Numbered from the stretch's first letter, positions 1 to 8,055 are shown. The stretch is DNA of 20,439 nucleotides from an archaeon (GCA_036170245.1 JAVHOV010000009.1:1-20439); one strand, 5' to 3'. A program made the numbers and translations. Notes: generated by a model not told the origin, from the sequence alone.

Positions 1-323
1 CTCATTATTATCAGAAACGTATTGACGGTAAAGAGGTCAAAAACTATACAAAAACAGTGTTTCTAAGCGATGTACGAACTAAATTAATTTTAGATGTTGA
101 AACACAATCTGACCACACGCACGAGACGACGCATTTCAAACCTATGGTCAAACAACTAGCAAGTTGTTTGAAAACAATTCTTGCAGACAAAGGTTACGAT
201 TCAATGTCAAACAGAAAATTTTGTTGGAAAAATAATATTGATGTACATATTCCATTCAGACAATATTCTAAAACTCGAAATGAAATAAATCATGAATCAA
301 AAAAACAAAGACCTTTGCTATAA
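1..323 (+). pseudogene. IS5/IS4-type DDE transposase, 5' partial and C-terminally truncated
   Basis: Frame is open from position 3 (HYYQKRIDGKEVKNYTKTVFLSDV...) through ILADKGYDS, the second catalytic Asp motif of DDE_Tnp_1 transposases, and IDVHIP. It stops at 323 without the YxxRxxxE...K helix that carries the catalytic Glu. Confidence 0.75.
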
Positions 324-441
324 AATATTAGGTGCTGAAGAAAAAAATGAATGTTTAGACTCGGTAACTAACATACAAATGGGACAATGCTCTATTAGTG
401 ACAAACAATATGGAAATCCAACTCCGTGTGCATTAGATTAA
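292..441 (+). pseudogene. 3' remnant (or very small ORF, 49 aa) of a Cys-repeat protein
   Basis: Hand translation gives MNQKNKDLCYKILGAEEKNECLDSVTNIQMGQCSISDKQYGNPTPCALD*. The DLCxKIx7C unit resembles the disulfide repeats of DPANN/CPR surface proteins. It overlaps the end of the transposase frame and is absent from the ORF track. Confidence 0.4.
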
Positions 442-466
442 ATCCAAAACAAAAAAAACTAAAGGT

Positions 467-1207
467 ATGCGTATGACTAAACAACATTTGCCTAAAGATC
501 CCTCTCATTTAGACACAGGATTAATAGAAATGGCTATTAAGAGTGGTAAGCTTTCAAAGAAAGTTGAAGATTTATACAGATTTGAATTGCATAATCGACA
601 AATATACAATGGAATAATTGCTTCTGAGAAAAATGTTTCTTTTAACAGAATTACTGCTGGGGCCACAGCACTCATGGCAGTTTTTGCTATTATAACTTTT
701 TTATATACTATATCATTTAATTCAGGACAACTTGCCACAAGCCAAATAACATGTTCAGACGAATTATTTATTGGAAAAATAACAAGTTACAATCCAACTT
801 GGATGGTCGTGCCTGAACACGAGAAACAAATTAACGGAGAAATAAACATTAGCAATGTTGGCAAAGACATAATTCACACAGAAACTATCCTTGAATCAGA
901 CTTTGACTCAAACACCTATCTTTTCTCGCCATTTAAAGGAATGTGCAGTTTAACTATTCCTGACATCGATTTTACTAAAGGGCATGTCTTAAGTCCAAAT
1001 GAAACAGGAACTATTTGTTTTCAAGTCGTACCAGATAAAATAAAATTGATTGATGCAAACAAAGAAACAATTTACATAAAATTAATTACTAAGGATAATG
1101 GGAGTTGGATAAAAATATTAAACACAAGAACTTGCATTTACGAAAGAAATATTATTGAAACAGACGAAGGCAATTATATGAAATATAAATTAATAGAAAA
1201 AAATTAG
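467..1207 (+). CDS. Hypothetical single-pass membrane protein
   Basis: 246-aa ORF with one hydrophobic helix (AGATALMAVFAIITFLYTISF) followed by a beta-rich, Cys-containing domain. No family recognised. Confidence 0.65.
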   Translation: MRMTKQHLPKDPSHLDTGLIEMAIKSGKLSKKVEDLYRFELHNRQIYNGIIASEKNVSFNRITAGATALMAVFAIITFLYTISFNSGQLATSQITCSDELFIGKITSYNPTWMVVPEHEKQINGEINISNVGKDIIHTETILESDFDSNTYLFSPFKGMCSLTIPDIDFTKGHVLSPNETGTICFQVVPDKIKLIDANKETIYIKLITKDNGSWIKILNTRTCIYERNIIETDEGNYMKYKLIEKN

Positions 1208-1494
1208 TCTAATAATCAAAAAAATATTAAAATACTCTTTAATTCCCTGCAAAACCTCGCGCCAAAACCAAGCCCACATAGTCAAACGGAGTTTGTTTCT
1301 TGCTTGTTAGCAAATTTATTTGGTAACAATTGCTTAGAATGTAGTGCCTAACTTTTGAGCGAAAGAATTTTATATTAGTTAGTTCTTAGTATTATTTGAT
1401 AGGTTAAATGTCTGTCGCGGAATTTAAACCAAAATTAGTTTTTTTGACTGCATATAACTTTTTATTCAGAGCTCGGCCTCTGCGTCAAAAACTT

Positions 1495-2559
1495 TTAGAT
1501 AAAATAAAACGCAGTGATGATTATCAAGTAAACTGCAATCAATTGTATTCCTTCGAGCCAATTACATTTACCATCAGCTGACAGATAATTAACTATCATT
1601 ACTGCAAGGAACATTGAGATTATTTCAAACACGCTGAAAATTAGTGTGAATCCGTAACCCATGAATAAACTTATTACTACAAGAATTGGCACAACAAAAA
1701 GGGCAATTTGAATTGCACTACTTAACCCAATTTCTATTGAAATATCAATTTTATTTTGTACTGCAAAGTAAATTGAATTTGCTTTTTCTGCAATATTTGT
1801 AACTATTGCAATTAAAACAATTCCAATAAATGTTTCAGTAATTCCAATAATATGCGCAGCACTTTCAACTCCACTCACCAAAAATTCAGATTCAACTGCA
1901 ACTATGCATGTAGTGAGCAAAAGCAAAATTATTGCATTTCTTTTAGTCATAGTAGGTTTTTCTTTTGCAGCCCTGATTTCATCACTTGCATCAAAAAGAT
2001 CTTTGTGTGTATGAAATGAGAATATTAGACCTGCAATGTAAGTAATTGCAAGCACAAGCGCAACAAGAATACTTATTTGTTGAATTTGGACTTGGGCAAT
2101 ATTTGAGGTAAGGGAAAGTGCAGTGGGAATAGTAAGTCCTGTAATAGCAATAATAAGCATTGTTGAAGAAACCCCAACAGAATCTTTATTGAATTTTTGT
2201 TCTTTATGGGTTATTCCTCCAAAGAAAAGGCCTAAACCAATAAGAAGCAGAATATTTGCAATTATACTCCCCACAATTGATGCTTGTACAAGTACAATAA
2301 GCCCATTACTTAATGCAAGAATTGCAATTATAAGCTCAATTGCATTCCCAAAAGTCGCATTAATTAGTCCGCTATAGGCCGGGTTAGTTTGAAGTGCAAT
2401 GTTTTTAGTTGTGTGCCCAATAATTCTTGCTAGCGGAATAAGCGCAATTAACGCAGTAATGAAAGTGATAAAAGTATTTCCTGTTATAAGTTCAGCAGCA
2501 ATACTGATTGGCACAAATGCTAATAGTACCAAAAAAATCTGGTTAATTTCATGAGCCAT
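1495..2559 (-). CDS. cax: Calcium/proton antiporter (CaCA superfamily, CAX/ChaA type)
   Basis: 354 aa with about 11 TM segments, alpha-1 repeat LINATFGNAIELIIA, SIVGSIIANILL, LIFSFHTH, GLSSAIQIALFVVP and DGKCNWLEG. Confidence 0.93.
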   Translation of the reverse strand: MAHEINQIFLVLLAFVPISIAAELITGNTFITFITALIALIPLARIIGHTTKNIALQTNPAYSGLINATFGNAIELIIAILALSNGLIVLVQASIVGSIIANILLLIGLGLFFGGITHKEQKFNKDSVGVSSTMLIIAITGLTIPTALSLTSNIAQVQIQQISILVALVLAITYIAGLIFSFHTHKDLFDASDEIRAAKEKPTMTKRNAIILLLLTTCIVAVESEFLVSGVESAAHIIGITETFIGIVLIAIVTNIAEKANSIYFAVQNKIDISIEIGLSSAIQIALFVVPILVVISLFMGYGFTLIFSVFEIISMFLAVMIVNYLSADGKCNWLEGIQLIAVYLIIITAFYFI

Positions 2560-2742
2560 TGTAGCATCATTGAACCTAAAATACGCTTTTAAATCTTGTA
2601 CCCTGCCTTTTTGCGGAAAAAAACTAGGCTAATTCCAAAATTTGGTTTAGTAGATTAGTTTATTTTTTAATTTGGGGTTAAAGCATGATTTTTAAATATT
2701 ATATTTCTCGTTATGTTAAATTTTGACTGGTGGTGTTGAAAA

Positions 2743-3204
2743 ATGAGAAATTTAGAAAAGGTAGATGAATTGGGTAACGAAAATTATTTGAAGCTAATTG
2801 GATTCGGACTTATTTTATGGCTTGTTCCATTTTTAGTATCAATCCTGTTTTTTACTCCTCAAGGAGTATTAGTTACAAGCGAAGCGTTCTTTCACTCAGT
2901 AATGACTGTAACAGGATTTGTAGTTGTTGCAGTATTGCTATTGAATTACATGAGTGCTTTCACAGTTAATTATTTGAAAGAATCAATGAAAGTTGGAACA
3001 GTTTGGTTTGCAATAAGCATAGTACTAGATTTGATTGTTTTAGTTCCAATGGCAAAAATGGATTTAGCAATTTACTTTGCTAACATTGGATTAGGATACT
3101 TAGCAATACCAATAATATGTATTTTTGCAGGTTATTTGCTTGAACAAAAAACAGAACACAACAAGAAAATATTTTCACAAGTTTTCTCAACAAGGAAAGA
3201 TTGA
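2743..3204 (+). CDS. Hypothetical membrane protein (4 TM)
   Basis: 153 aa with four hydrophobic helices, a GGTGGTG RBS upstream and a TGA stop. Confidence 0.8.
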   Translation: MRNLEKVDELGNENYLKLIGFGLILWLVPFLVSILFFTPQGVLVTSEAFFHSVMTVTGFVVVAVLLLNYMSAFTVNYLKESMKVGTVWFAISIVLDLIVLVPMAKMDLAIYFANIGLGYLAIPIICIFAGYLLEQKTEHNKKIFSQVFSTRKD

Positions 3205-3252
3205 ATATAATCAAATTAAAGTTTGATTTGAAAAATTGAGTTAGAATAATTT

Positions 3253-3298
3253 GGTCAAAGGATTTTGTTTCCTTTGAACCATTTTCTTTTTTTATTTT
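3253..3298 (+). terminator. Stem-loop plus T-tract between convergent genes
   Basis: TCAAAGGA (3255-3262) and TCCTTTGA (3270-3277) form a perfect 8-bp stem, followed by ATTTTCTTTTTTTATTTT. Confidence 0.5.
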
Positions 3299-3303
3299 AA
3301 ATT

Positions 3304-3558
3304 TTATACTTTTGGAGATGAACTGAAAGGATCTTCACTTGTAGTACTTTCAATTTCTTCTTCGCTGTTCTCTTCCTCTTCTTCCATTAGTTTCTCTTCT
3401 CTCTCACTAGGGCTCTTTGCTTTAACAGTTTCAAGACAGTATTTTAATTCAGATAAGCACTGTTCGCAAATATCTCTATTCCCAATAGTTCTGCCTTTGA
3501 CTCCTCCATCCCCGTTGGTTTCTCCAACAAAAGCTCCGCAAAAAAAGCAATCAGTCAT
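3304..3558 (-). CDS. Small C4 zinc-finger protein with acidic tail
   Basis: CFFCG...ICEQC resembles the ClpX ZBD / AbrB C-terminal Zn motif. Glu/Ser-rich C-terminus; GAGGTG RBS upstream on the minus strand. Confidence 0.75.
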   Translation of the reverse strand: MTDCFFCGAFVGETNGDGGVKGRTIGNRDICEQCLSELKYCLETVKAKSPSEREEKLMEEEEENSEEEIESTTSEDPFSSSPKV

Positions 3559-3693
3559 TCTTACACCTCATAACGATTAGGGATTGGCTATTTAAAAAGA
3601 TTGGGGTTTTTTAAAAAATTATTTCAAAGTACTTTAAGGATTCTAGTTAAAACCTTTTCTGTTATTATTATTTCAAATTAATATGGTGAAAAG

Positions 3694-4078
3694 TTGGCTA
3701 AATTTGATGCAGATAAATTGTTAAGTAAAGTAACTGAAGGTGAAGTTCTCAAGGCAAAAGAAGATTTAATTGATTTGTTTAATATGGAAGTAAAATCAAG
3801 AGATGTATACTTTCAAGAATTAAGAAGATTTGAAGGTTCAGAGTTTGAAACAATAAAATGGCTGACGGATCAAACAGAGGACTTCTGCACCTAAATTTGA
3901 TAATGATACAGAAAAAATAATCAAATTTGATTTGGATTTTGAAGCTGTCGCAGTTAAAACTTATTTATCAGCTTCAAAAAAGACTAGCGGACCTTTAAGC
4001 GAACTTTTAATGGGACTGATGGATGAAGAAGTGATTCACGTTCAAAGACTATTAAAGTATGTTTCAAATAAACAGTAA
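3694..4078 (+). pseudogene. Ferritin-like (rubrerythrin/bacterioferritin-like) di-iron protein split by a frameshifting deletion
   Basis: GGTGA RBS plus TTG start. Frame 1 (3694-3894) has MEVKSRDVY (ExxxxxxY). Frame 2, open 3866-4078, reads KQRTSAPKFDNDTEKIIKFDLDFEAVAVKTY...LMDEEVIHVQRLLKY (ExxxxxxY and EExxH). The first ExxH is absent. Confidence 0.75.
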
Positions 4079-4089
4079 TTAAAATTGGA

Positions 4090-4116
4090 TTCCTAAATAA
4101 TTGTTATTTCTAGGAA
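4090..4116. terminator. Imperfect hairpin between convergent genes
   Basis: TTCCTA-AATAA ttg TTATT-tc-TAGGAA, a bulged inverted repeat in the 4079-4150 spacer. Confidence 0.3.
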
Positions 4117-4150
4117 GATTGACTTTTATTTAGTAAAACGAGGATTAGTT

Positions 4151-4789
4151 TTATTTTCTGTTTTTCTTCGGCCACTTTTTATTATCCTTCTTTTCATTAG
4201 GCATATCAAGGCTAATCATTTTATTCCAATCCACCAAGAAGAATGCAAGCACAGCAAGTACTCCAATTACTTCAATCATTATTGTCCAAAGGGAAGCATT
4301 TCCTTGCATTGTAGTTTCAAGTGAAGAAAATACTTTTTGAGTTGTAAAAATCAAAAACAAGTAACTAATTGTTCGCCCTATTAAAAATGCTGCCAAAACT
4401 TCTCTCAACCTTGTTTTTGTTGCACCAAATGCAATGAATAAAGCATTGCTTGGAAGAGGGCTTAAGGAATAAATTAAAGTAAAAATAAATTTTTGACTAG
4501 CTTTTCCTTCTAATTTTTTCTCAATTGCTTTAAATTCGTTTTTCTTATTTCTATCTGCAAATTTTTCAGTTACAAATCCACTTATTTTCGCAAGCGCAAA
4601 TCTACCTGTTGTTGAAGCAGTTACTCCTATTGCAACTAAAAGAAAAATATTTTGGGGAGAACTGATATAAAAGAATGATAAAATAGCCCATGTTGGTGGA
4701 GCCAGAGCAGGAACAATGTTTAGAAAAAAGACAATTACCCATTGGGCAAAAATCATTGAAATAAAGTCTAATTCATCAAATCCAAACAT
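4151..4789 (-). CDS. Membrane protein, DedA/VTT (SNARE-associated)-like
   Basis: 212 aa, multi-TM, with NIVPALAPPTW, ASTTGRFAL, SLSPLPSNALF and FLIGRTISY, the pattern of DedA/VTT-domain proteins. Confidence 0.7.
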   Translation of the reverse strand: MFGFDELDFISMIFAQWVIVFFLNIVPALAPPTWAILSFFYISSPQNIFLLVAIGVTASTTGRFALAKISGFVTEKFADRNKKNEFKAIEKKLEGKASQKFIFTLIYSLSPLPSNALFIAFGATKTRLREVLAAFLIGRTISYLFLIFTTQKVFSSLETTMQGNASLWTIMIEVIGVLAVLAFFLVDWNKMISLDMPNEKKDNKKWPKKNRK

Positions 4790-4910
4790 TTAATTTTCAC
4801 TGATTAATTATCAACCTTGAGATTTAAATACGTGCCGATTAGATGATTCATTATTACTTAAAAATGCTTTGAAGAAGTAAATTTGTTAGTTATGTTAGGG
4901 TGAATTGTTT

Positions 4911-5378
4911 TTGGATAAATTGGAAATTGGTTCAGGTAATAAACCAAAAGAAGGGTATTTGCATTTTGATGTTAGGCCAAATGTCAAGGCTGATGTTATT
5001 GGAGATGCAAGAAAACTTCCTTTTAAAGATGAAGAATTCAATGAAGTTTATTCAAGATTTTTTTTGGAACACTTGCCAAGAAAGGAAGCTTTGGTTGCAT
5101 TAAAGGAAATGTTTAGGGTTTTAAAGAAAGAAGGAACTCTTGAAATAATTGTTCCAAATATTGCCTACTTTTGCAAATTATTTATAACCGAAACAGGGCA
5201 AAAGAAAGAATGGGCATTAAATAAGATGTATGGGTTTGAAAACTATCTAGAAGATCATCATTTCTTCGGTTATGATGAAGAAACATTGTCAAAAGCACTT
5301 ACTTTAATTGGTTTTAATAGCATTGAAAAAATAGCTGAAGAAGAGCAGTACTTGCACTTGAAAGCCAAAAAAAGTTAA
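4911..5378 (+). CDS. Class I SAM-dependent methyltransferase (Methyltransf_11-like)
   Basis: LEIGSG motif I, GDARKLPF, FFLEH and EMFRVLKKEG. TTG at 4911 is better spaced from GGTGA (4899-4903) than TTG at 4905. Confidence 0.88.
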   Translation: MDKLEIGSGNKPKEGYLHFDVRPNVKADVIGDARKLPFKDEEFNEVYSRFFLEHLPRKEALVALKEMFRVLKKEGTLEIIVPNIAYFCKLFITETGQKKEWALNKMYGFENYLEDHHFFGYDEETLSKALTLIGFNSIEKIAEEEQYLHLKAKKS

Positions 5379-5442
5379 AGTTAAACTAATCGATTTTTGC
5401 CAATTTGTCTTATTTTTAAGTCTTTTGGATTTAAATTTTATT

Positions 5443-6042
5443 ATGAATACTAAGATAATTTTAGTTACCTTACTAATTGCAACATTAGTTTTGTTTGGGT
5501 GCACACAAACTCCAAGTGGAAATGCATTAATGTCCTTAGATAAAGACAAAAATATTGATTTAATTGATGCTAATTTGAGCGATTCAAACACAAATGTTTT
5601 CAATAACTTAGATGATTTTAGAAAAGTAAAAGCAGGGGATAATATTTCTGTGGATTATACAGGAAGACTTACTGACGGAACTATTTTTGATTCTAGTATT
5701 GGGAAAAAGCCTCAGGATTTTACTGTTGGTGCTGGTCAAATGATTAAAGGATTTGATGAAGGTGTAGTTGGAATGAAATTAAATGAAAAGAAAACTATTA
5801 CTCTTGCTCCTGAACAAGCATACGGGAAATATGATTCAAACTTAATAAGGTTTTATGATATAAATGCGCCTGAGTTAAGCATTCTTGGTAACTTGAAAGT
5901 TGGAATGGAACTTGCAGTTGGTGGTATACCAATAATTGGAATAATTGAAGTGAATGATAATAACGTTGCAATTGATTTTAATCATAAATTAGCTGGAAAG
6001 ACTTTGGTATTTGAGATAACTCTAGTTTCATTTAATAATTAA
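5443..6042 (+). CDS. FKBP-type peptidyl-prolyl isomerase (SlyD-like, IF domain) with lipoprotein-type signal peptide
   Basis: MNTKIILVTLLIATLVLFGC lipobox-like N-terminus, VDYTGRLTDGTIFDSS, GAGQMIKGFDEG, PEQAYG and DFNHKLAGKTLVFEI. ATG 5443 preferred over TTG 5425. Confidence 0.9.
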   Translation: MNTKIILVTLLIATLVLFGCTQTPSGNALMSLDKDKNIDLIDANLSDSNTNVFNNLDDFRKVKAGDNISVDYTGRLTDGTIFDSSIGKKPQDFTVGAGQMIKGFDEGVVGMKLNEKKTITLAPEQAYGKYDSNLIRFYDINAPELSILGNLKVGMELAVGGIPIIGIIEVNDNNVAIDFNHKLAGKTLVFEITLVSFNN

Positions 6043-6053
6043 AGGTGATTTGA

Positions 6054-6476
6054 TTGGCTGAGAAAGTAGTTGTAAAGGGAAGTTGTGTTTCTGTAGATTA
6101 TACAGGAAAACTTTTGGACGGAAAAGTATTTGATACTAGTATTGGCAGAGAGCCTTTAGATTTTACTGTTGGTGCAGGCCAAATGATTAAAGGATTTGAT
6201 GAAGGGGTTTTAGGAATGAAGTTAGGAGAAAAGAAGACAATCACTCTTGCTCCTGAACAAGCATACGGCGCATCTAACCCAATGAGAATAATTACTGTTG
6301 ATAAGAAATCATTTCCTCAGTTTGACCAATTGAAAGTTGGTTTAATGGTTGGTTCACAAGCAGGATTAACCGGTAGAATAGTTTCAAAGGGTGAAAATGA
6401 AGCAGTAATTGACTTTAATCATGAGTTAGCTGGAAAGACATTGGTATTTGAAATAACATTAGTTTCAATCAACTAA
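6054..6476 (+). CDS. slyD: FKBP-type peptidyl-prolyl isomerase (SlyD-like, short archaeal type), cytoplasmic
   Basis: VDYTGKLLDGKVFDTS, GAGQMIKGFDEG, PEQAYG and DFNHELAGKTLVFEI. GGTGA RBS plus TTG start; no His-rich tail. Confidence 0.92.
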   Translation: MAEKVVVKGSCVSVDYTGKLLDGKVFDTSIGREPLDFTVGAGQMIKGFDEGVLGMKLGEKKTITLAPEQAYGASNPMRIITVDKKSFPQFDQLKVGLMVGSQAGLTGRIVSKGENEAVIDFNHELAGKTLVFEITLVSIN

Positions 6477-6491
6477 TTGGGTGTGTTTTTT

Positions 6492-7019
6492 TTGAATAAA
6501 GCTCTAATTGTTTATTATTCAGAGCATCATCTTACTGACAAATCTAAAGAAAAAAATAAAATTTCTAATGAAGAAAAAGTGGTTAATGAGCTAAAAAGAT
6601 TGTTTGAAGAAAAAAAGATTTCTCCAACAACTTTATTGCTTGAACCCTTAGAAAGACTTCACTTAAAGGATCAGTTCAAAAAAGAAAAAGAAATTAAAAT
6701 TAAAAATAAAATACCTAATTTGGATAATTATTCAGTTATAGTAATAGGCACTCCAATAGTTGGGGCAATGACCTCTTCCCCGGTAATTAATTCCTTCATT
6801 AGGCAAATAAAGATTTCAAAAGCTGCCAAAAAACCTATTTTTGTAGTTTTCTCAACAGGGATAATTCCTGGGTTTGAGATTAAAAAAATAAATAGTTTGC
6901 TTTCAATGAAAGGGATAAAGCCAATAGCAAGCGAATCATTTAGTAGCATGTTTGAATTTGATTCAAAAAAAATGCTTGAGGTAAAAACTTTTTTTGATAA
7001 ATTTTTTGAACAAATTTAA
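6492..7019 (+). CDS. Flavodoxin-like protein (degenerate)
   Basis: KALIVYYS, LDNYSVIVIGTPI and IFVVFST match flavodoxin strands, but the SxTGNT phosphate loop is missing. TTG 6492 follows a GGGTGTG RBS (ORF track start 6477). Confidence 0.6.
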   Translation: MNKALIVYYSEHHLTDKSKEKNKISNEEKVVNELKRLFEEKKISPTTLLLEPLERLHLKDQFKKEKEIKIKNKIPNLDNYSVIVIGTPIVGAMTSSPVINSFIRQIKISKAAKKPIFVVFSTGIIPGFEIKKINSLLSMKGIKPIASESFSSMFEFDSKKMLEVKTFFDKFFEQI

Positions 7020-7046
7020 GTCCAAAAACACTAAAATAGGATTTAA

Positions 7047-7763
7047 TTATTTAGTGCCAATTTGCTTGAATACATCCTCTTCAACTTCATCCAAATATTC
7101 ATCCTTAGCTCTTTCCTTAGTTACTTTCTTTTGCTTAGCTATTTCCCTTGCTCCTTCTTTTAATTGATCTTTTAGATTCTCAATTTCTTCGCTATCCTGA
7201 ATACTTTTAATTTGTGAATCAATAGTAATAATCTCTTGTTTTATCTGGGAAGAAATTTTCTTGAATCCTTCTTCATCAATTTTTCTGTGGTAAAAACTGT
7301 TCTCTGCTTTTTTTAATTCAGTTACTTTAATTTGCTTTTGATCAAGTAACCCCTTTAGTACGTTTCTTTTATCGCTTGAAATAGAACTGTTCTTCTTTAC
7401 TTCGTTTTTAGGAGCACCTTTATTTTTTTCAATATCTATTTTTGCTTCAACTTCAATTAATTTTGAATTATTTTCATGAGATATTTTATCAAAAGTATCC
7501 TTGTCAATCTTGTGCTGCAAAAAATCTGTTTCAGCTTGTTTGATTGCATTTAATGATTGCTGTCTTTCAATTAAAAAAGGGCTACTCTTTTTTTGCCCAC
7601 TTATGACTATAGCTATTCCAATTAAAATAAGTACCAAAACAAAAGGAATTGCATAGATTACTACTCCATAATCTTCCACAAAAGTTTTAGGAATAAAAAA
7701 AGTTGATACTATTGCTAACAATGCAAAAATAATTAAAATTGAAGAAAGTACTTTCTTATTCAT
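7047..7763 (-). CDS. Membrane-anchored (2 TM) coiled-coil protein with a duplicated helical motif
   Basis: Two N-terminal hydrophobic helices, then a charged helical region with the repeat AETDFLQHKIDKDTFDKIS / AENSFYHRKIDEEGFKKIS. Confidence 0.75.
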   Translation of the reverse strand: MNKKVLSSILIIFALLAIVSTFFIPKTFVEDYGVVIYAIPFVLVLILIGIAIVISGQKKSSPFLIERQQSLNAIKQAETDFLQHKIDKDTFDKISHENNSKLIEVEAKIDIEKNKGAPKNEVKKNSSISSDKRNVLKGLLDQKQIKVTELKKAENSFYHRKIDEEGFKKISSQIKQEIITIDSQIKSIQDSEEIENLKDQLKEGAREIAKQKKVTKERAKDEYLDEVEEDVFKQIGTK

Positions 7764-7823
7764 CTTCTAGATAAGATCTTTTTGATTAAAAAACATTGCT
7801 TTTACTACTAAAACTAGTTTTTA

Positions 7824-7854
7824 AAAAATAAATAATAAAAAAAGAAAAAAAGAA
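7824..7854 (-). terminator. Oligo-T terminator downstream of tRNA-Arg
   Basis: The minus strand reads TTCTTTTTTTCTTTTTTTATTATTTATTTTT right after the tRNA, typical of archaeal T-tract terminators. Confidence 0.55.
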
Positions 7855-7855
7855 G

Positions 7856-7928
7856 CGGGCCTAGGGGGAATCGAACCCCCGACCTACTGCTTAGAAGGCA
7901 GTCGCCCTATCCACTGGGCTATAGGCCC
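7856..7928 (-). tRNA. tRNA-Arg (anticodon TCT), intron-less, CCA not encoded
   Basis: Reverse complement folds as GGGCCTA-TA-GCCC AGTGGATA GGGC-G-ACTGC CTTCTAA GCAGT-AGGTC-GGGGG TTCGATT CCCCC-TAGGCCC-G (73 nt). Confidence 0.97.
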
Positions 7929-8055
7929 TTAACCTATTTGATTGATAGATTAATTATTTTTAGGGCTGTTTTTAAAAGTTTGGATTGACTTTTTTTTCTG
8001 GTTATTGACCTTTTTAGGGGGTTTGTCAGAAAGTTAGATTAATAATTACATTTGG

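Noticed and set aside
1346..1410. Integron attC-like pair GCCTAAC ... GTTAAAT
   Set aside because: The ends are not complementary beyond AAC/GTT, there is no internal L-box pairing, and there is no integrase or cassette array in the window.
2694..2721. Possible dif/Xer site: TTATGTTAAAT (2711-2721) equals the bacterial XerD arm
   Set aside because: The left arm across a 6-bp spacer (AAATATTATAT) is a poor inverse match and lacks the inner ATAA. The site lies in an AT-rich promoter region, so chance is likely.
3524..3535. 12-nt match CCAACAAAAGCT to the alaS palindrome arm
   Set aside because: Only one arm is present and both sites encode AFVG, so it is probably coincidental.
3866..3894. Programmed +1 frameshift or stop readthrough in the ferritin-like gene
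   Set aside because: There is no slippery run, the stop is TAA, and the fused product would still lack the first ExxH. A deletion explains it better.
7856..7928. tRNA-Arg as an integration site, or an intron-containing tRNA
   Set aside because: No duplicated tRNA 3' end or integrase was seen in the window, and the cloverleaf is complete without an intron.
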